Assembly: GCA_009602725.1 (NCBI GenBank)
Contig: WELB01000002.1
Location: 1,218,185 to 1,282,184 of the forward strand
Direction of reading: 5' to 3'
From: Spirogloea muscicola
Taxonomy: Eukaryota
Length of the DNA stretch: 64,000 bases
Below are positions 25,238 through 38,700 of the stretch, in pieces. The notes under the pieces are model-generated. The model did not search any database, was not told where the DNA came from, and worked only from the letters and a program-made list of their open reading frames with translations. Numbering within the stretch: position 1 is the stretch's first letter; the number at the start of each line of letters is the position of its first letter. The translations under genes were made by a program, and so were the position numbers.

Positions 25238-27958
25238 CTAATACTCGTCCCAGTAGCTTTGAGCCGTGATCAAATTGGAACTCCGCCGCCGACCACCATA
25301 ATTCAGATCACCACTGTACTGGTCCAAGTCACTCCATCGCCCATTGCCCTCTTCCTCATCGACTGACTCTGCGCAAGCCTTTGAGCCCCTTGCCCTCCTT
25401 TGTCGGCTGGAGACACGACTTGCCTCGCTTCCCACCCTTGCACCTTCTCCATCTTCTGCTCTCCCTCGCAGCCTCACATCATCTCCTCTGTCCTTACTGC
25501 GAGAAGCCCTGGAAGATTTGTTCCGCTTCTCATCCCGCCCTATCGATCTTGTCGACAGACTGGGACTGTCTCGTTCCCTCTTCGCCCCCGACCTTCGTCG
25601 GCCCTGCGAGCTCCTGTACTTGCCTGCTTCTGCTTCTGCACTAGGACTTCGAGCGCCACCTGAATGACTTCGCGTTCTGCCATCCCCCGCATCTCGGCTG
25701 CCACTTCTCTGGGCCTTGTGACTGTCACTCCTCCTCTTGTCTGACTGCTTGTCCCTGTCTGCCCTCGGAGTGGATGCAAAGAGCCCGTTCATCTGCTCCA
25801 ACCAAGCTCGAGGAGGTGGGCGCTCCCAGTCTGCCCAGTCGTACTCACCACCGGGGTTGAGGAAGGGGTGCAAGAAGTTGCAGTCATCCCCACGCCTGCA
25901 AGTCTGCATGTTGAGCAGCAACAAGTACTTTCAATTACAGTTGAACACATTGCTCAGTGCTCTCCAGCTTGAATGTCTCCAGCTTGCTTTCAGTATCCAA
26001 GAATCACGCTTACAAATCCATGCAGCTATATGAAGAAAATAAGGATCTGACTATCTCATCAAGATGCTGAGCACTGTAGTAACAGCTTCAAGGAAGAAGA
26101 TGTACAGATGAAGGGCTTACTATTCGGTTTGATCTGAGGTACTCGCCACAGATGGCTGCCTTCCACTTTGTCACAGGGACAAATTCACAAAAGACCTGCG
26201 GGCAGATTCATGATGGCTTCTCAGCGCGCCTGCACCTGGGTCAGCAGACAACAGAAGCATTCCAGGTACTGCAGCTGCAAGAACGCAAAGATTCATATCA
26301 CCTGTTTGCTTGCAAAGAAGCGCCCGTGTATGGCTTCAAAGGCTGCCAAAGCAGCAGCTTCTTCAAGAAAGTGCACGTAGACATTGCCCCTGAGATGAGG
26401 TGACCGATTCCTGGACACCTGCAAGCAAACACACCCATACTCACCACCCGCACGAGGCCTCGTGATGACTAGCTCATGGCACGTACCAAAGAGGCCCCCA
26501 GAGCAATTGCTGCAGAGGATTGCCTTGGACGTGACTACCGCGCACCTTGAAGTTGTGGATCTCGCCAAAGCACTGAAATTCTGAATGCACGTCATTGTAA
26601 AACTCTGCAAAGGCTTCAGCCACGTCCTCGTCGTTGTACTGCAAGTCAGGTGCAGGATCATCATGCAGGAGACAGCAGGACCCAAGGGTGCCACTGCCAG
26701 CAAGCGTCAGACCTCCCGGGACATCTGCATAGTGTGGTCAAGGATCCCCCTGGCAGAGGCCTGAAGATCGTGGACCCTACTTTGTCCTCGAGCTAAGCCC
26801 TGAACACTACGACCTTATAAGCAGCAAAGTTGGACTCATCCTGCAGCAATGCAGTCCCAAGCATCCTTGACGCACTTTACTGATGTTCCTGGAGATCATG
26901 CGCGTTGTGAGAGTGCGAGAGGCAGGCAGGCCAACTCGTCACACCGACCTCGAGCCCTTCCTCTGCGTGAGGCAGCGGCAAGCCAGGCCCCGTGTACATG
27001 CCCTTAATCAGGATGGTGGGAGATGTGGCTGGATACATGTGGATTCGGCTGCAGGACGCGCCAAAGCGGCATGCGCCCGTCTTTATGTAGAATGGGCAGT
27101 GAGCCTTATCCTGCACAACAGGACGGGGCAAACGCAAGGAGGTCACACCCCGCCTCCTGCACCTTGCAGAGCAAACCTTGCCCTGCCAAGACATGCACTT
27201 CATAAGTGCGCGTCAGGGGCAAAGCAGCAATGACACTGGGTAGCCAGGGGCCTCTCACCTGCTCCGTGCCATAGTTCCGCACATCTTCCGCCGGCGGCTC
27301 GGCTGCTGGCGTAGCCTGCCGACTCCTCCAGAAGGACGAGAACGCAGCGCTCTGAGGCGCCAGGGGGTTGCTGGTCGGCTGCTCCTGCACAAGGAGGCAT
27401 CGACAACTTCACAATGTCAGCTTGGTCATGCTCAAATCTCCATATTGATGAATCTAGTTGAGCCACAAACATTCGCATTGCCTGTGATATCGGGGTAATC
27501 GAGCGCACCTCGGCAGAGGCTGGCGCCGGTGCGGCGGACGGCAGTGGCGCCGTCCCCTTGGCCCTCCTCGGCGCCTTGCGGGGCCGGACGATGATCTCGT
27601 TGCCAACCCAGATGATCTCCGACGGGCCCCCGGCGGCCTCCTCGTCGCCGTCCTCCGCAGGCTCGGCAATGGTGTCCAGGTCTTCGTCCAGCGGCGGCTC
27701 GCCTCGGGCCGCCCGCTCGGCCGCCACAGCGGCGCGCTTCTGCGCACTCGTGCCGAGCGCCAGATGAGCGCCGTCAACGAGCGGAGCGGAAAGGGGGTCA
27801 GCGGCGGCAGCGGCGGCTCAGCTACTGAGCGCCGCCGGAGCTCGTCGCGGGTGAGCCGAGCTCACCTCCGCCGCGAGCTGCGCCTCGGCAGCGGCGGCCT
27901 CGGCGCGGGCGGCGGCCTCGGCCTCCGCTGCGGCCTGGCGAGCTCGCCACGCAGCCTC

Positions 27959-27959
<1 letters not shown>
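25238..27959 (-). CDS. U2AF35-related CCCH-UHM-CCCH-RS splicing factor (ZRSR/RGH3-like), 5' partial
   Basis: [63 protein letters not shown]-rich tail. Confidence 0.9.
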
Positions 27960-28023
<64 letters not shown>

Positions 28024-28737
28024 NNNNNNNNNNNNNNNNNNNNNNNNNNNNNNNNNNNNNNNNNNNNNNNNNNNNNNNNNNNNNNNNNNNNNNNNNNNNN
28101 NNNNNNNNNNNNNNNNNNNNNNNNNNNNNNNNNNNNNNNNNNNNNNNNNNNNNNNNNNNNNNNNNNNNNNNNNNNNNNNNNNNNNNNNNNNNNNNNNNNN
28201 NNNNNNNNNNNNNNNNNNNNNNNNNNNNNNNNNNNNNNNNNNNNNNNNNNNNNNNNNNNNNNNNNNNNNNNNNNNNNNNNNNNNNNNNNNNNNNNNNNNN
28301 NNNNNNNNNNNNNNNNNNNNNNNNNNNNNNNNNNNNNNNNNNNNNNNNNNNNNNNNNNNNNNNNNNNNNNNNNNNNNNNNNNNNNNNNNNNNNNNNNNNN
28401 NNNNNNNNNNNNNNNNNNNNNNNNNNNNNNNNNNNNNNNNNNNNNNNNNNNNNNNNNNNNNNNNNNNNNNNNNNNNNNNNNNNNNNNNNNNNNNNNNNNN
28501 NNNNNNNNNNNNNNNNNNNNNNNNNNNNNNNNNNNNNNNNNNNNNNNNNNNNNNNNNNNNNNNNNNNNNNNNNNNNNNNNNNNNNNNNNNNNNNNNNNNN
28601 NNNNNNNNNNNNNNNNNNNNNNNNNNNNNNNNNNNNNNNNNNNNNNNNNNNNNNNNNNNNNNNNNNNNNNNNNNNNNNNNNNNNNNNNNNNNNNNNNNNN
28701 NNNNNNNNNNNNNNNNNNNNNNNNNNNNNNNNNNNNC

Positions 28738-31372
28738 GTGGCGGCCGTCGTGGGCCCCGCGGAGCTGCCGCCGACGCTGCTGGACGACCTGCGGCGCGCG
28801 CTGGGGCCGGAGCGCGTCGTGCTGGACGACGGCGAGCGCCAGGCGCACGCCAAGCCGTGGAACACGTACCACGCCATACTGGCCGCCCCTGACGCCGTCG
28901 TCTACCCTCTGTGCGGCCCTCCCCTCCGCCGGCAGCGCAGGCGCTGAGACCTCCCCGGAAGCTCGCACACCATGCGCCGCCTTGCATCTGAACCCAAGAA
29001 GGCTGAACACTACTTAAAACTTGAATCCTAAACCCTATGCCTTCTTTGCACGTAGGCTCGGGGTTGAGGTGTACAGTGAGTAAGTGGCAGGAAAGTGGGC
29101 TGGGTCTTCTGGAAGGTCATGTTTGATGGGGCAGGCTGGACTCAGAACCTGGAGTCCTGCCCGCTGAGCCCTCGACCCTGACCGCTTGGCAATGCTGGGT
29201 TGCGCTCCCAGGTCGACGGAGGACGTCGTGGCGGTGGTGAAGGCGTGCGCGCTGCACCGCGTGCCGCTCACGCCCTTTGCAGGCGGCACCTCGCTCGAGG
29301 GCCACACCATGACGCCGTGCGCCGGCGTCAGCATCGACATGAGCCTGATGAAGGTGAGCCTGCTGGATCATATGAGGCTGCTGAAGATTCCATTGACATG
29401 TGAGCCAGGGACTGCTATCAGGCTCCAGCAGGAGCTTCAGCAGGACCCAGAAGTTCCGCTGTGCTGAAAGTCTGGCGCTGGTTGCCAATCTTGCAGGATG
29501 TCAAGCGGCTTCACGTGGAGGACATGGACGTCACTGTGCAGCCGGGCATGGGATGGGTAGAGCTCAACGAGCTGCTGCGGCCCCACGGCCTCTTTTTCCC
29601 GCTGGACCCCGGCCCGGGCGCAACCATCGGTGGCATGTGCGCGACGCGCTGCTCGGGCTCGCTGGCCGTGCGCTACGGCACGATGCGCGACAACGTCATT
29701 GCGCTCCAGGTGGTCCTGCGTAAACCCTGCCAAGAATCAGTGTCACCCTGCACCCTGTATTGCTGAGCCCTTGAAGTGGGTCACTAGTTCCTTGTGATGG
29801 TTGCTGCTCCATTAAGATTGCAATCGAGATTGATGGGTTGCTGATATTCGCAGAGCGGCACTCATGACGCTCAGTTGAAGCTTGTGTAGGCTTGCAGGCG
29901 GTGCTGCCGAATGGTGACATTGTGAAGACTGCGGCGCGTGCACGCAAGAGCGCCGCTGGCTACGACCTCACGCGGCTCCTCATTGGCAGTGAGGGCACGC
30001 TGGGTGTCATCACGGAGGTCACACTGCGCCTACAGCGCCTCCCTGAGGCTTCTGCGGTCGCCATGTGCAGCTTTCCCACCATCAAGGACGCAGCCGATGT
30101 CGCCATCGCCACTATGCACTCTGGCATCCAGGTCCAGCAGACAAGCTAAAGTAGATGACCACAGAATGTAGCAAAGGAGCAGTAGAACAATCTTAACATG
30201 CTGCGATGAGGAGAGCAGCAGAAGAGTTGCAAAGCTCCAAAGACAGGCTACTAAGTCGGACTTGGATGCCGTCGATGCCAGGTATCAAGAGTAGAGCTGC
30301 TGGACGAGGTGATGATGGGTGCTCTGAACGTTGCCAATGGGTACTCGTACGCCGAGCAGCCTACGCTGATGTTTGAGCTTATTGGCTCGGAGGCCTCAGT
30401 GAGGGAGCAGACGGCGCGCGTTCAGCACATTGTTGAAGCTCATGGGGGTTCAGAGTTTGTTTTCGCAAACACTCCTACGGAGAAGGAGGAGCTCTGGCGG
30501 GCCCGAAAGGAGGCCCTCTGGGCGTCGTATGTGCTCAAGCCCGATTGCGAAGCCATGGTCACGGTGAGGTGCAGTACCGAAATTGCATCCACTGCATAGC
30601 AGTGTATTGTCAGGCAATTGTCTCCTTCACGTCACCTTTCCCAGATTGTCTCACGAGGATACTTAGGCAGTGTCACTGTGAGGTTCTCTAGAGCCCACAA
30701 TCAGAGGAGCAAGACATTGCATTCTCCACCCTAAACATCTACATGAAGTGTATGCTTTGTGGACCTGATTTCGCGATTCTAAAGTATCTCAGAGTTGCTC
30801 AACAGGACGTTTGCGTGCCCTTGTCACGGTTAGCCGACTTGATCAGCGAAACAAAGCTTGAGCTTGAGAGGAGCACGTTGCCGTGTCCAATTGTTGCTCA
30901 CGTTGGGGATGGCAACTTCCATGTCCTCATCCTTCTGGACCCAAAGAATCCCGAGGAACTTCGAGAAGCCTCTGACCTGGCGTCCAACATGGTGCACAGG
31001 GCCATTGCCATGGATGGTACGGTACATCACGTGTTAAAGATAATGAGCTGAGTTTGCTCTTCGATTTTGCTTCTGCTGGCAGATGGCATAGCCCTCAGCT
31101 GCCAGATGGTGAGAAGGATGCCTTCCAGCTGGCCACAAAACTAAATGCGGGCCAGGTATAAGTAGTGCAAGATAAAATTTTGAGGCTGACTGTGTGGCTG
31201 TGGTGCAGGCACTTGTACAGGGGAGCATGGCATTGGCATGGGAAAGATAGAGTACTTGGAGGAAGAGCTGGGCCCCAATGCCGTGGCTACCATGGCAAAG
31301 CTCAAGCAAGCACTAGATCCTTTTCACATCATGAACCCTGGGAAGGTCTTACCAAACCGGTTTTGCGTCTAG
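28738..31372 (+). CDS. D-lactate dehydrogenase (FAD-linked oxidase, mitochondrial type), 5' partial
   Basis: [88 protein letters not shown]. Confidence 0.93.
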
Positions 31373-32764
31373 AAAGACCAGGTTGCAGAGTCCTCAAGTC
31401 GATCAAGAAGAATGTGGACTTCAATACTGGTTGCTTGACCACATATATGCCAGATCTGCTATTGGCTAAGGTGCTTTTGGTGCATACTGAGTATGTTGAG
31501 CTTATTATTCTTAGCAAAACACGCAGTTATTAGGTGCTCTTAATTGCAAATCAATCAATCAGATGGCCTGTTCTCTTTTGAGTTGTGTAGTGCTCTTGTG
31601 GGTGACTTTCTCATGTAATATCGGGCTTTGTATTTCTCTGCTCGAGACTGAGGGACACAACCTTTGGGCAGGGGTTGCTCACTGTTAGCTTTTTTTCTTT
31701 TGCAAAGACGTGGCAGTCAGGTCACGCTGACAGGGCTGTCCGGGGGTTCGTTGAGCTACAAGAGGCCTATGTATAAGAGGCACACTCATTGGAAAGCAGC
31801 ATCAAATTTAGGCTTCCTGAAAAAAGGGATCAGAAGGTAGATTAGCACTACAAAGAAACAGACAAGCACTCATACTGAGAGGCAGCTTCTAAAAGGGGGT
31901 GGACTGCACTGTGCGGCCTAGTATTCCCAGATCTGTCCAAGCAGGTCGACAATAGTCTGCCTGTAAGCAAGTGATGTTGATGCCAACCCCGAGGAGCAAG
32001 ACAGGTTGAAAGCACATGTGATGCAAGCAAAGATGAGGGCAAGAGCCTGTACCGAATGGACACCACAACTTTGATAATCACATGCATAATGACAACCTGT
32101 GAATGTGATGTTCGCCTACCCCACCTCTGAGCCCTTTGAATCGATGCTGGCTCTAGCTAAGAGCGAGCACCTGTATCACCACATCCTCGCATCCAATCTA
32201 CGAGCAGAGGACGGGGGTCTCCTGCGAGGTGCAGTAGGATGACGGCTTCGTGCTCAGACTATGAGCAGGTCGACCTGTCTTACTAGTGCTCAATCTATGA
32301 GCTGTTAGCTTGAGCATACTAAGCAGCACTTTGGGTGTGTACCGACCAACAGTAGGACCAGCGTGAAGGTGGAGACACATCAGGACTAGGAAGTACGGCC
32401 GCAAAAAGGATCATGCCAACCATGCTGAGCGGCACACGAGCGCGAGAAAGCGGCGCAGCTGCTAGTGGTGCAGTTTCTTGGACGGCCTGCGGCTGGCGGG
32501 GCTGTGCCCCTCGGGGCTGCCCAGCCCCTCAAGTGGTGGAGCAGCAGCATCGACCTTGGTGTCACAGAGCAGAAAGCTTCGCAATTGTTTCACGCCTGCT
32601 CCCAACATTGATGTGTGTGCATTAGAGTCCCACAGCCTGTCAGGGGTCGCTTGCCACGGCGCTTTTGCAGGGGCTGCTAACTCCCCTAGTACGATGACAT
32701 ACTTTTGCAGGAGTAGAAGAATGTACAGTCAACGCCATGGAGACGCAGGTCAATATGAAGGACA

Positions 32765-35700
32765 CTATCCTGACTCAGTTTTGTGAGGCTTGTGAGGCTG
32801 GTGGCTTGGGGCGTGCAGATGTGGATGTTGCTGGGAGCTAGTGGCAGTAACATGCGGCTTGTGGTGCCTGAACGGCCAGAAATGGACAAGGCGGTCAATC
32901 ATGCTGGTACCACCTTTTATGAAGAGGCCAGAGAACCCCTGCGGCGGCGCCGCCGGCGGGAAGTCCTCGGCCGGCATCGCAAAGGGCTGCAGCAGCCTCT
33001 CCAGCTTCGCCAAGGACGTGAATGACCCCAACTCCTGTAGCGGCTCCACTGGCTGAACTGGCAGCGTGTGGTCGTTGTCCTTAGGTGAAAACTGCGAGGC
33101 AAGGGCAGCAGCCACTGTGTTGTAGAGAGTGCAGATAGCTCAGTACAGCTTATATGAGCAGCCACTATTCTGAAAGTAACTTGCGTATCTGCAAGCCTGC
33201 CTGAGGTGCTTGTCTTCCAAGACTACATGAGCCAGCAATGTCTTGGGTACAAGCAAGGGCTCAATCCACAACTACATCGTGAACCAGGCACAAATGCACA
33301 TTTTTTTAACATAAGGATACGGAGATTCAGGAGGAGAACAACAAAGGTGACTTTACCTCAAGAGGGCTGAAGGCTGCACCAGGGCTGTACATGAGTTCAA
33401 TACGAAATCGGCGAGGATCCGAAAGGTCCACCTGCATGACAGAGGGGCATAGGCAACATCTCATAAAGCGCACAGAAAAAAACGATAAGTATCACATTTG
33501 TGGCTTGCCGGAGGTATCATGTACCAGACTTGGGAACCTTACATCCGTGTTCTCGTACATCCGAAAAACAATATGAGTCAGGTAGTCTAACTCCTTCGTC
33601 TCGAATAACTTTCGCAATCCATCACTTGACACAAGTGGCTGTTCGCCTTGCAAGCTTTCATCCAGGTAGCAGTACCGTAAGACGTTGATGAGCGAGTGGA
33701 TATGCGACTCCTAGAAACACAAAAGACTCGCATATTTAGGCAGGCATGCAATTGAGAGCCACCTCTTATCCATTGTTCCTTCCAAGATTGATGACACCTG
33801 CTGCTGGTGCATATGTCGGTATAGCTGGGCAAATGCACATGATTAAAAGGTGAAGGAGGTGAAGACTTAAGAGGCCCTTCTGATATAGTTCACAAGCAGC
33901 ACCTCACTCATCCATGAGACAGAAGCTCGGAGCTTACTGATGTGAAGTACAGCCGGGTGCGCACATGACGCTGTGGAGTCCGCACATTCGCATACCTAAG
34001 ATTGTCAATCGGGCAGGAAGTGTCATGCAACTGACAAAGCATGAGTAACGACGTAGTGGAAGCTCATGCTGCAATGCAGAGAGACAATCAGTTGCAATGT
34101 TGATCAAGCTGGGAGAGTACTTTGGATCAAGCCGGTATTGTGTCTCCTTGTTGTCATCATCATCGTCTGTGTCTTTATCACTGCTCGTTCGAGACTCAGA
34201 TCGCCTGAATTCTCTGACTTGGCCCTCTCCGTTGCCAACCTTCTTGTACTCAGCAGACCTCCTAGGAGGTCGTATAGGTGTACCTGGCAGCTTCGCCTCC
34301 CTCGCTTTCTTCTCATACTCGGGTCTATTGAAAGGATCCCGTCTATGGAAATCGGATACCAGTTTACTGTGCTCTCTTACAGCCCGACCCACATTTACTG
34401 CTTCATCCTGGGTATTGCGCATGTCGATGAGAATCTTTCCCAACAGCTTTCTTGCGACCTATTTCACAAGGCACAATTATGTCAGGGTGACCATGGTACA
34501 GCCAGCCAGCAGCTTTTCAAGCAATGAATCATGTAACATATGTAGTTATGCGACACGGACAAAGCTGGAAGCTCAATCACAGGAGTCATATCTGTCGAAA
34601 CTACCTAAACAGCATGCCCATCTTTAAGCAGTGGGACCAGTTGGTGCACACCTTTGCGCCGATCAGCAGCTTGTGTCTTGGATTGATACCATACTCATTT
34701 GGAATAACACCATCCGCTAGAGTCTGTCAGGCAATGAACCATTTGTCAGGCAGGGGATGCAGGCGTGTATGGTCCAATGATACACGGTGAATCTTTACTC
34801 ACTGTCAAGTACCTTGGCCACGGTGTATAGCTTGTCACCTCCCTTCAGATCGAGGTGCTGATTATGAACCAAGTCATACCTGCAGAATACACTGATGCAT
34901 GATGAGGAGGACATCCCTCCAACCAAGAGGTATCTGGTCAATCTATGAGCTTGTCCAGATAATGCAAGCAATGAAGGTTTTGGAAAGCTTACTTTGCCGA
35001 ATCATATATGTCTGGTATCTTACTGATGTCATATCGGCTGCAATATCATAGTAATTTTGTCATGTTCAGTAGGGCCTCAGACACAGTAAGATTGCCAACA
35101 CTCAACCCTCTGTGCTGCCTATCACGTATTACAGTAATGTGACCTGGCGAAGCATGCACTCAGTATGTATGTGAGACTCCGAGAATCTGGTATTAAAGGG
35201 CTGGGCTCATCATAAGTGTCACGCACTCTTTGCGCTCATTGTAGATGTCGCGGGCCAGCTTCTTCCAGCGTGCGAACATGAGCAAGAACCCTTCAGTGCC
35301 ACAAGGGAGACCGGCAGCAATACGATCAATATCCAAACTGGTCTTCCCTAAAGCCCTGGCTGTGTCATAAGGAGGAATTTCGACTTGTGCCACCGTGTCA
35401 TCCATGCGGTCCTCCTCATCCTTACACCGATCTTTCACTTGCGCTGTCATTGCAGCAGTGAGTTCCACCTGACTCCACAATTCACACGTAAACAAGATCG
35501 TGTGAAGGACGGGTACAATTCCAGCACTTGCCAGCTGATCTGGCACGTAACTAGGAGTGGTCAGTGCTTCATTCTCCATTGCATCCGGGTAGCTGTATTT
35601 ATGACGATCCCTTGCACTTCAGCCTCGATCAAGGTTTCCATTGTGTTCATGGACACAAGTGTAGTTGGACCTAGAGTGGTCGGGCACAATTCCGGTCTCA

Positions 35701-38700
35701 CTAGGTGCCAACTCAAACTGAGATTCAGAAAGCATCCCTGAAGTGGAGTTTTTTGGCGGTGGTATAAGTGGAGTCTTGAAAAAGGAGGGGTCTTAAAAAT
35801 AGAGGCTAGCATGAGATTGAAGATTGTGATATGCTGCCTAGATCTTGCAGTTGTCCTGGTATATTGGTCAACAACAGCAAATGTAAACAGTCGGGCAGCA
35901 TCAAGGCATCAGGCCATCAGAAGCATCATACCAGTTGCTTCAACTTGATCAGTGCATCGCTTGGAAGGCCACCTCCATCAACCATCCAAGGCGCCTCAGC
36001 ACTTGCAGTTGACCTTGGCGTGCTTACTTCGGCCGTCATGATTTCATGGAGCCGTTGCTGATCAAAAGAGACAAACGACAAATGGCTTGCGAGTATTTAG
36101 CACAGCCATAATAAACATGTTGCTTCTCATCCAGTACATGATTACATTGAACGGGACATAAGAAGCTAAGGAGCACATTGCACCAACTAGTTCGATCAAT
36201 CAGCAAGGGCAAGACGTAAGTAGGATACTTCACACTATGGACTACCAACGACTAGACAGGTGTCAATTGGAGGGATGACGAGGAAATGCCCAGCAAGAAA
36301 TCCATATGGTATCACCTTTGCATACTCCATCTCAATTGTTGCTGTATCAAGACCGTCAAGCATCGACGCATCCTTGCTCACTAGGCTCACCTGCAGCGAA
36401 AGAAGTGCATGTAAATGTTGCTTGGCCTAATACTTGCAGAAAACCAGGGGATCTTGATATAGCTAGAAGCACTTGCCTGAAAGCCCTTAATGCTCCAGAC
36501 CTGAGCAGTGGCATGACCGAAGACCTTACACTCACCAGTATTGGCGTCAGCTGGCCTTCCAAGTCCAGCAGGCCCTTGGCAAATGCAGCGGCTGACATCT
36601 GTAAAGAGAACGAGGGTGACTGACTTTGAGTGGTGCTCTCTTTAATTGGAAGGAGCGACCTATCGGGCGTCATGACATCCAATCACACAACTTCGAGAGT
36701 GATCATAGTGTACAAGGTCATTAGAAGCATGCGCAGGAAAGCTATGCTACTAGATTTGCGGGTGCAAGACATATGCAAAATATGTGCAGAGCATGCAGTT
36801 TACCTGGACCCGACCTTCATCCGAGCTATACATTTTCAGGTCATGCCGATAGGTTGAATGTAATCGTATGAGACCTGTGCCTTCCCCTGGAACACCTTGA
36901 AATGAGTGTTAACATCACAAGCAAGCAACTAGTACCCACCTTCTCTATGAGCAGGTCCTATGCAATTAGAAGATGATCAACCTTTTCTTATAGTCAGCCT
37001 TAGCAGTCAGGGTAATGGTCAACAGATATCCGTATGTCTGAAAGCTCTTTCAAGCTCTTTCTTACCTGGATACATTGTGTTTCTGAATGTACGCCCAAGC
37101 TCCTCTGCCTGACATAGATACGCAGAAGAGACAGCTCTAATAGCAGGTCCTCCTCAAGAGAGGGCACGAATGGAGGATGGTATGCATAATTATGCCCAGA
37201 AGTACTTGAAAGTATGAAGTATAGTGAACGCAATTCAGCCCACCCTTTGGGACATTCCAGTCTTGCGATTTAAGTACTTACAACTTGGAACCTCTGTGCA
37301 ATGACAGTGGCAGAGTCATACAAGGAAGACAAATTTCAGGAGTAGCAAAGAGTGGAGCAGGATCACCATGTACCTGCTTTCGTCCTGCATGCGTGAGTAC
37401 ACCACCATATTTGAGCACAAGCAAGGCCTCAATGGGTCTTTCAATCTCCTTGCTTTCCTCACTGTCTTCCAGGTGTACAGTAGCCCATCTTACCGGTTTC
37501 AACTGAGCCTTCCTGTAAATGCCTGAAAAATGGCCTCCCTGCTCCAAGGCAATGAACACATGACATGCTTCAGAAGCCTCCTGCAAGAATGCATAGACAT
37601 GCGAGGCAGTCCCTAAAAACGAGCCTGCTTAGCTGAAACACTTGAGCCATGCATATCCTTGGGGAGTGAGCTCAGCAGGTGTGCAATTGTACCTCTTCAA
37701 GAACTGCCTTCACATGGCGCAGCTTCTCGGTCCTCTCAAAGTCCTCTGCTTCACTGTCACTATCTCGACCAGGCCTGAGCAAGAAGCTTGTTCCATCAAT
37801 ATGAACGCACAACATACCAGGAATGCAAGTCTAAGCAGTGTCTATGGAGACTCTCAAGGTGCAACACATACCTTGTCGATGGTACAAGTAGACGTAGCGC
37901 ATCGAGCAAGTCTTGCAGTTGGATTGCACTTTTCAACTTGGCCTGCAGAGTGACAGGTGCAAGTATTTATCAGAGCTGCAACAGGTGCAACTGCTGCCAA
38001 GAACACCCATTTTTAAAATGACAATTAGCCCTGGTATGAAATTGACCTCAGCCCGAGGCTTGCCCCCATTGTATTTCAGCATCAAATTCAGTAGTCGATC
38101 CTGCGTGATATACAACTTGACTTTCTGCTTGGGCGTACGATCACCACTGCACAAGAATACAGGCGCGAACAGTAGAAGACTTAAGTCAGACTGCAAGCGG
38201 GTAGTCTCAACGGCAGAGAGTGGTCAACCAGAGCCAACCATTGTGGACACAGATGGAGGTTAAACAAATCATGCATTGAAAAGCTGGTCACATGCTCATC
38301 CAAAGGCCCATCATGCTTTGATCAGTCTAGCTTTTGCATGTACGACATGATGTTGCTCTGATCTTAAGGCCAACAGCATTAGCAGTGACGTCGAAGACAT
38401 ACTGGCGAATGACAGCAATCACACATCGAAGCTCCTCCCCTAGGCCGAAAGTGGACAACGCTAAGCTGCCTTGTCGTTGGATGGCACTTGCTGAATGATC
38501 TAGACCACTGCACCAAGGTAGCTGGGAAGGAGGAGGTGAATTCAGATGGGGAGCCACAGCTCTGAGAATCATCTCTCGAAGGACACATGCGGCATCATCA
38601 TAGTACCTGCAGGGGGTCAAAGCAGAGTCATATCAAGCCCTCTTGATAATATCAAGGAGACATTCCCGTGCACAATTTGACCAGCCTTGCAGAGATTATA

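Noticed and set aside
25238..27959. Possible U12-type introns in the ZRSR-like gene
   Set aside because: The junctions I traced are ordinary GT-AG without the RTATCCT donor
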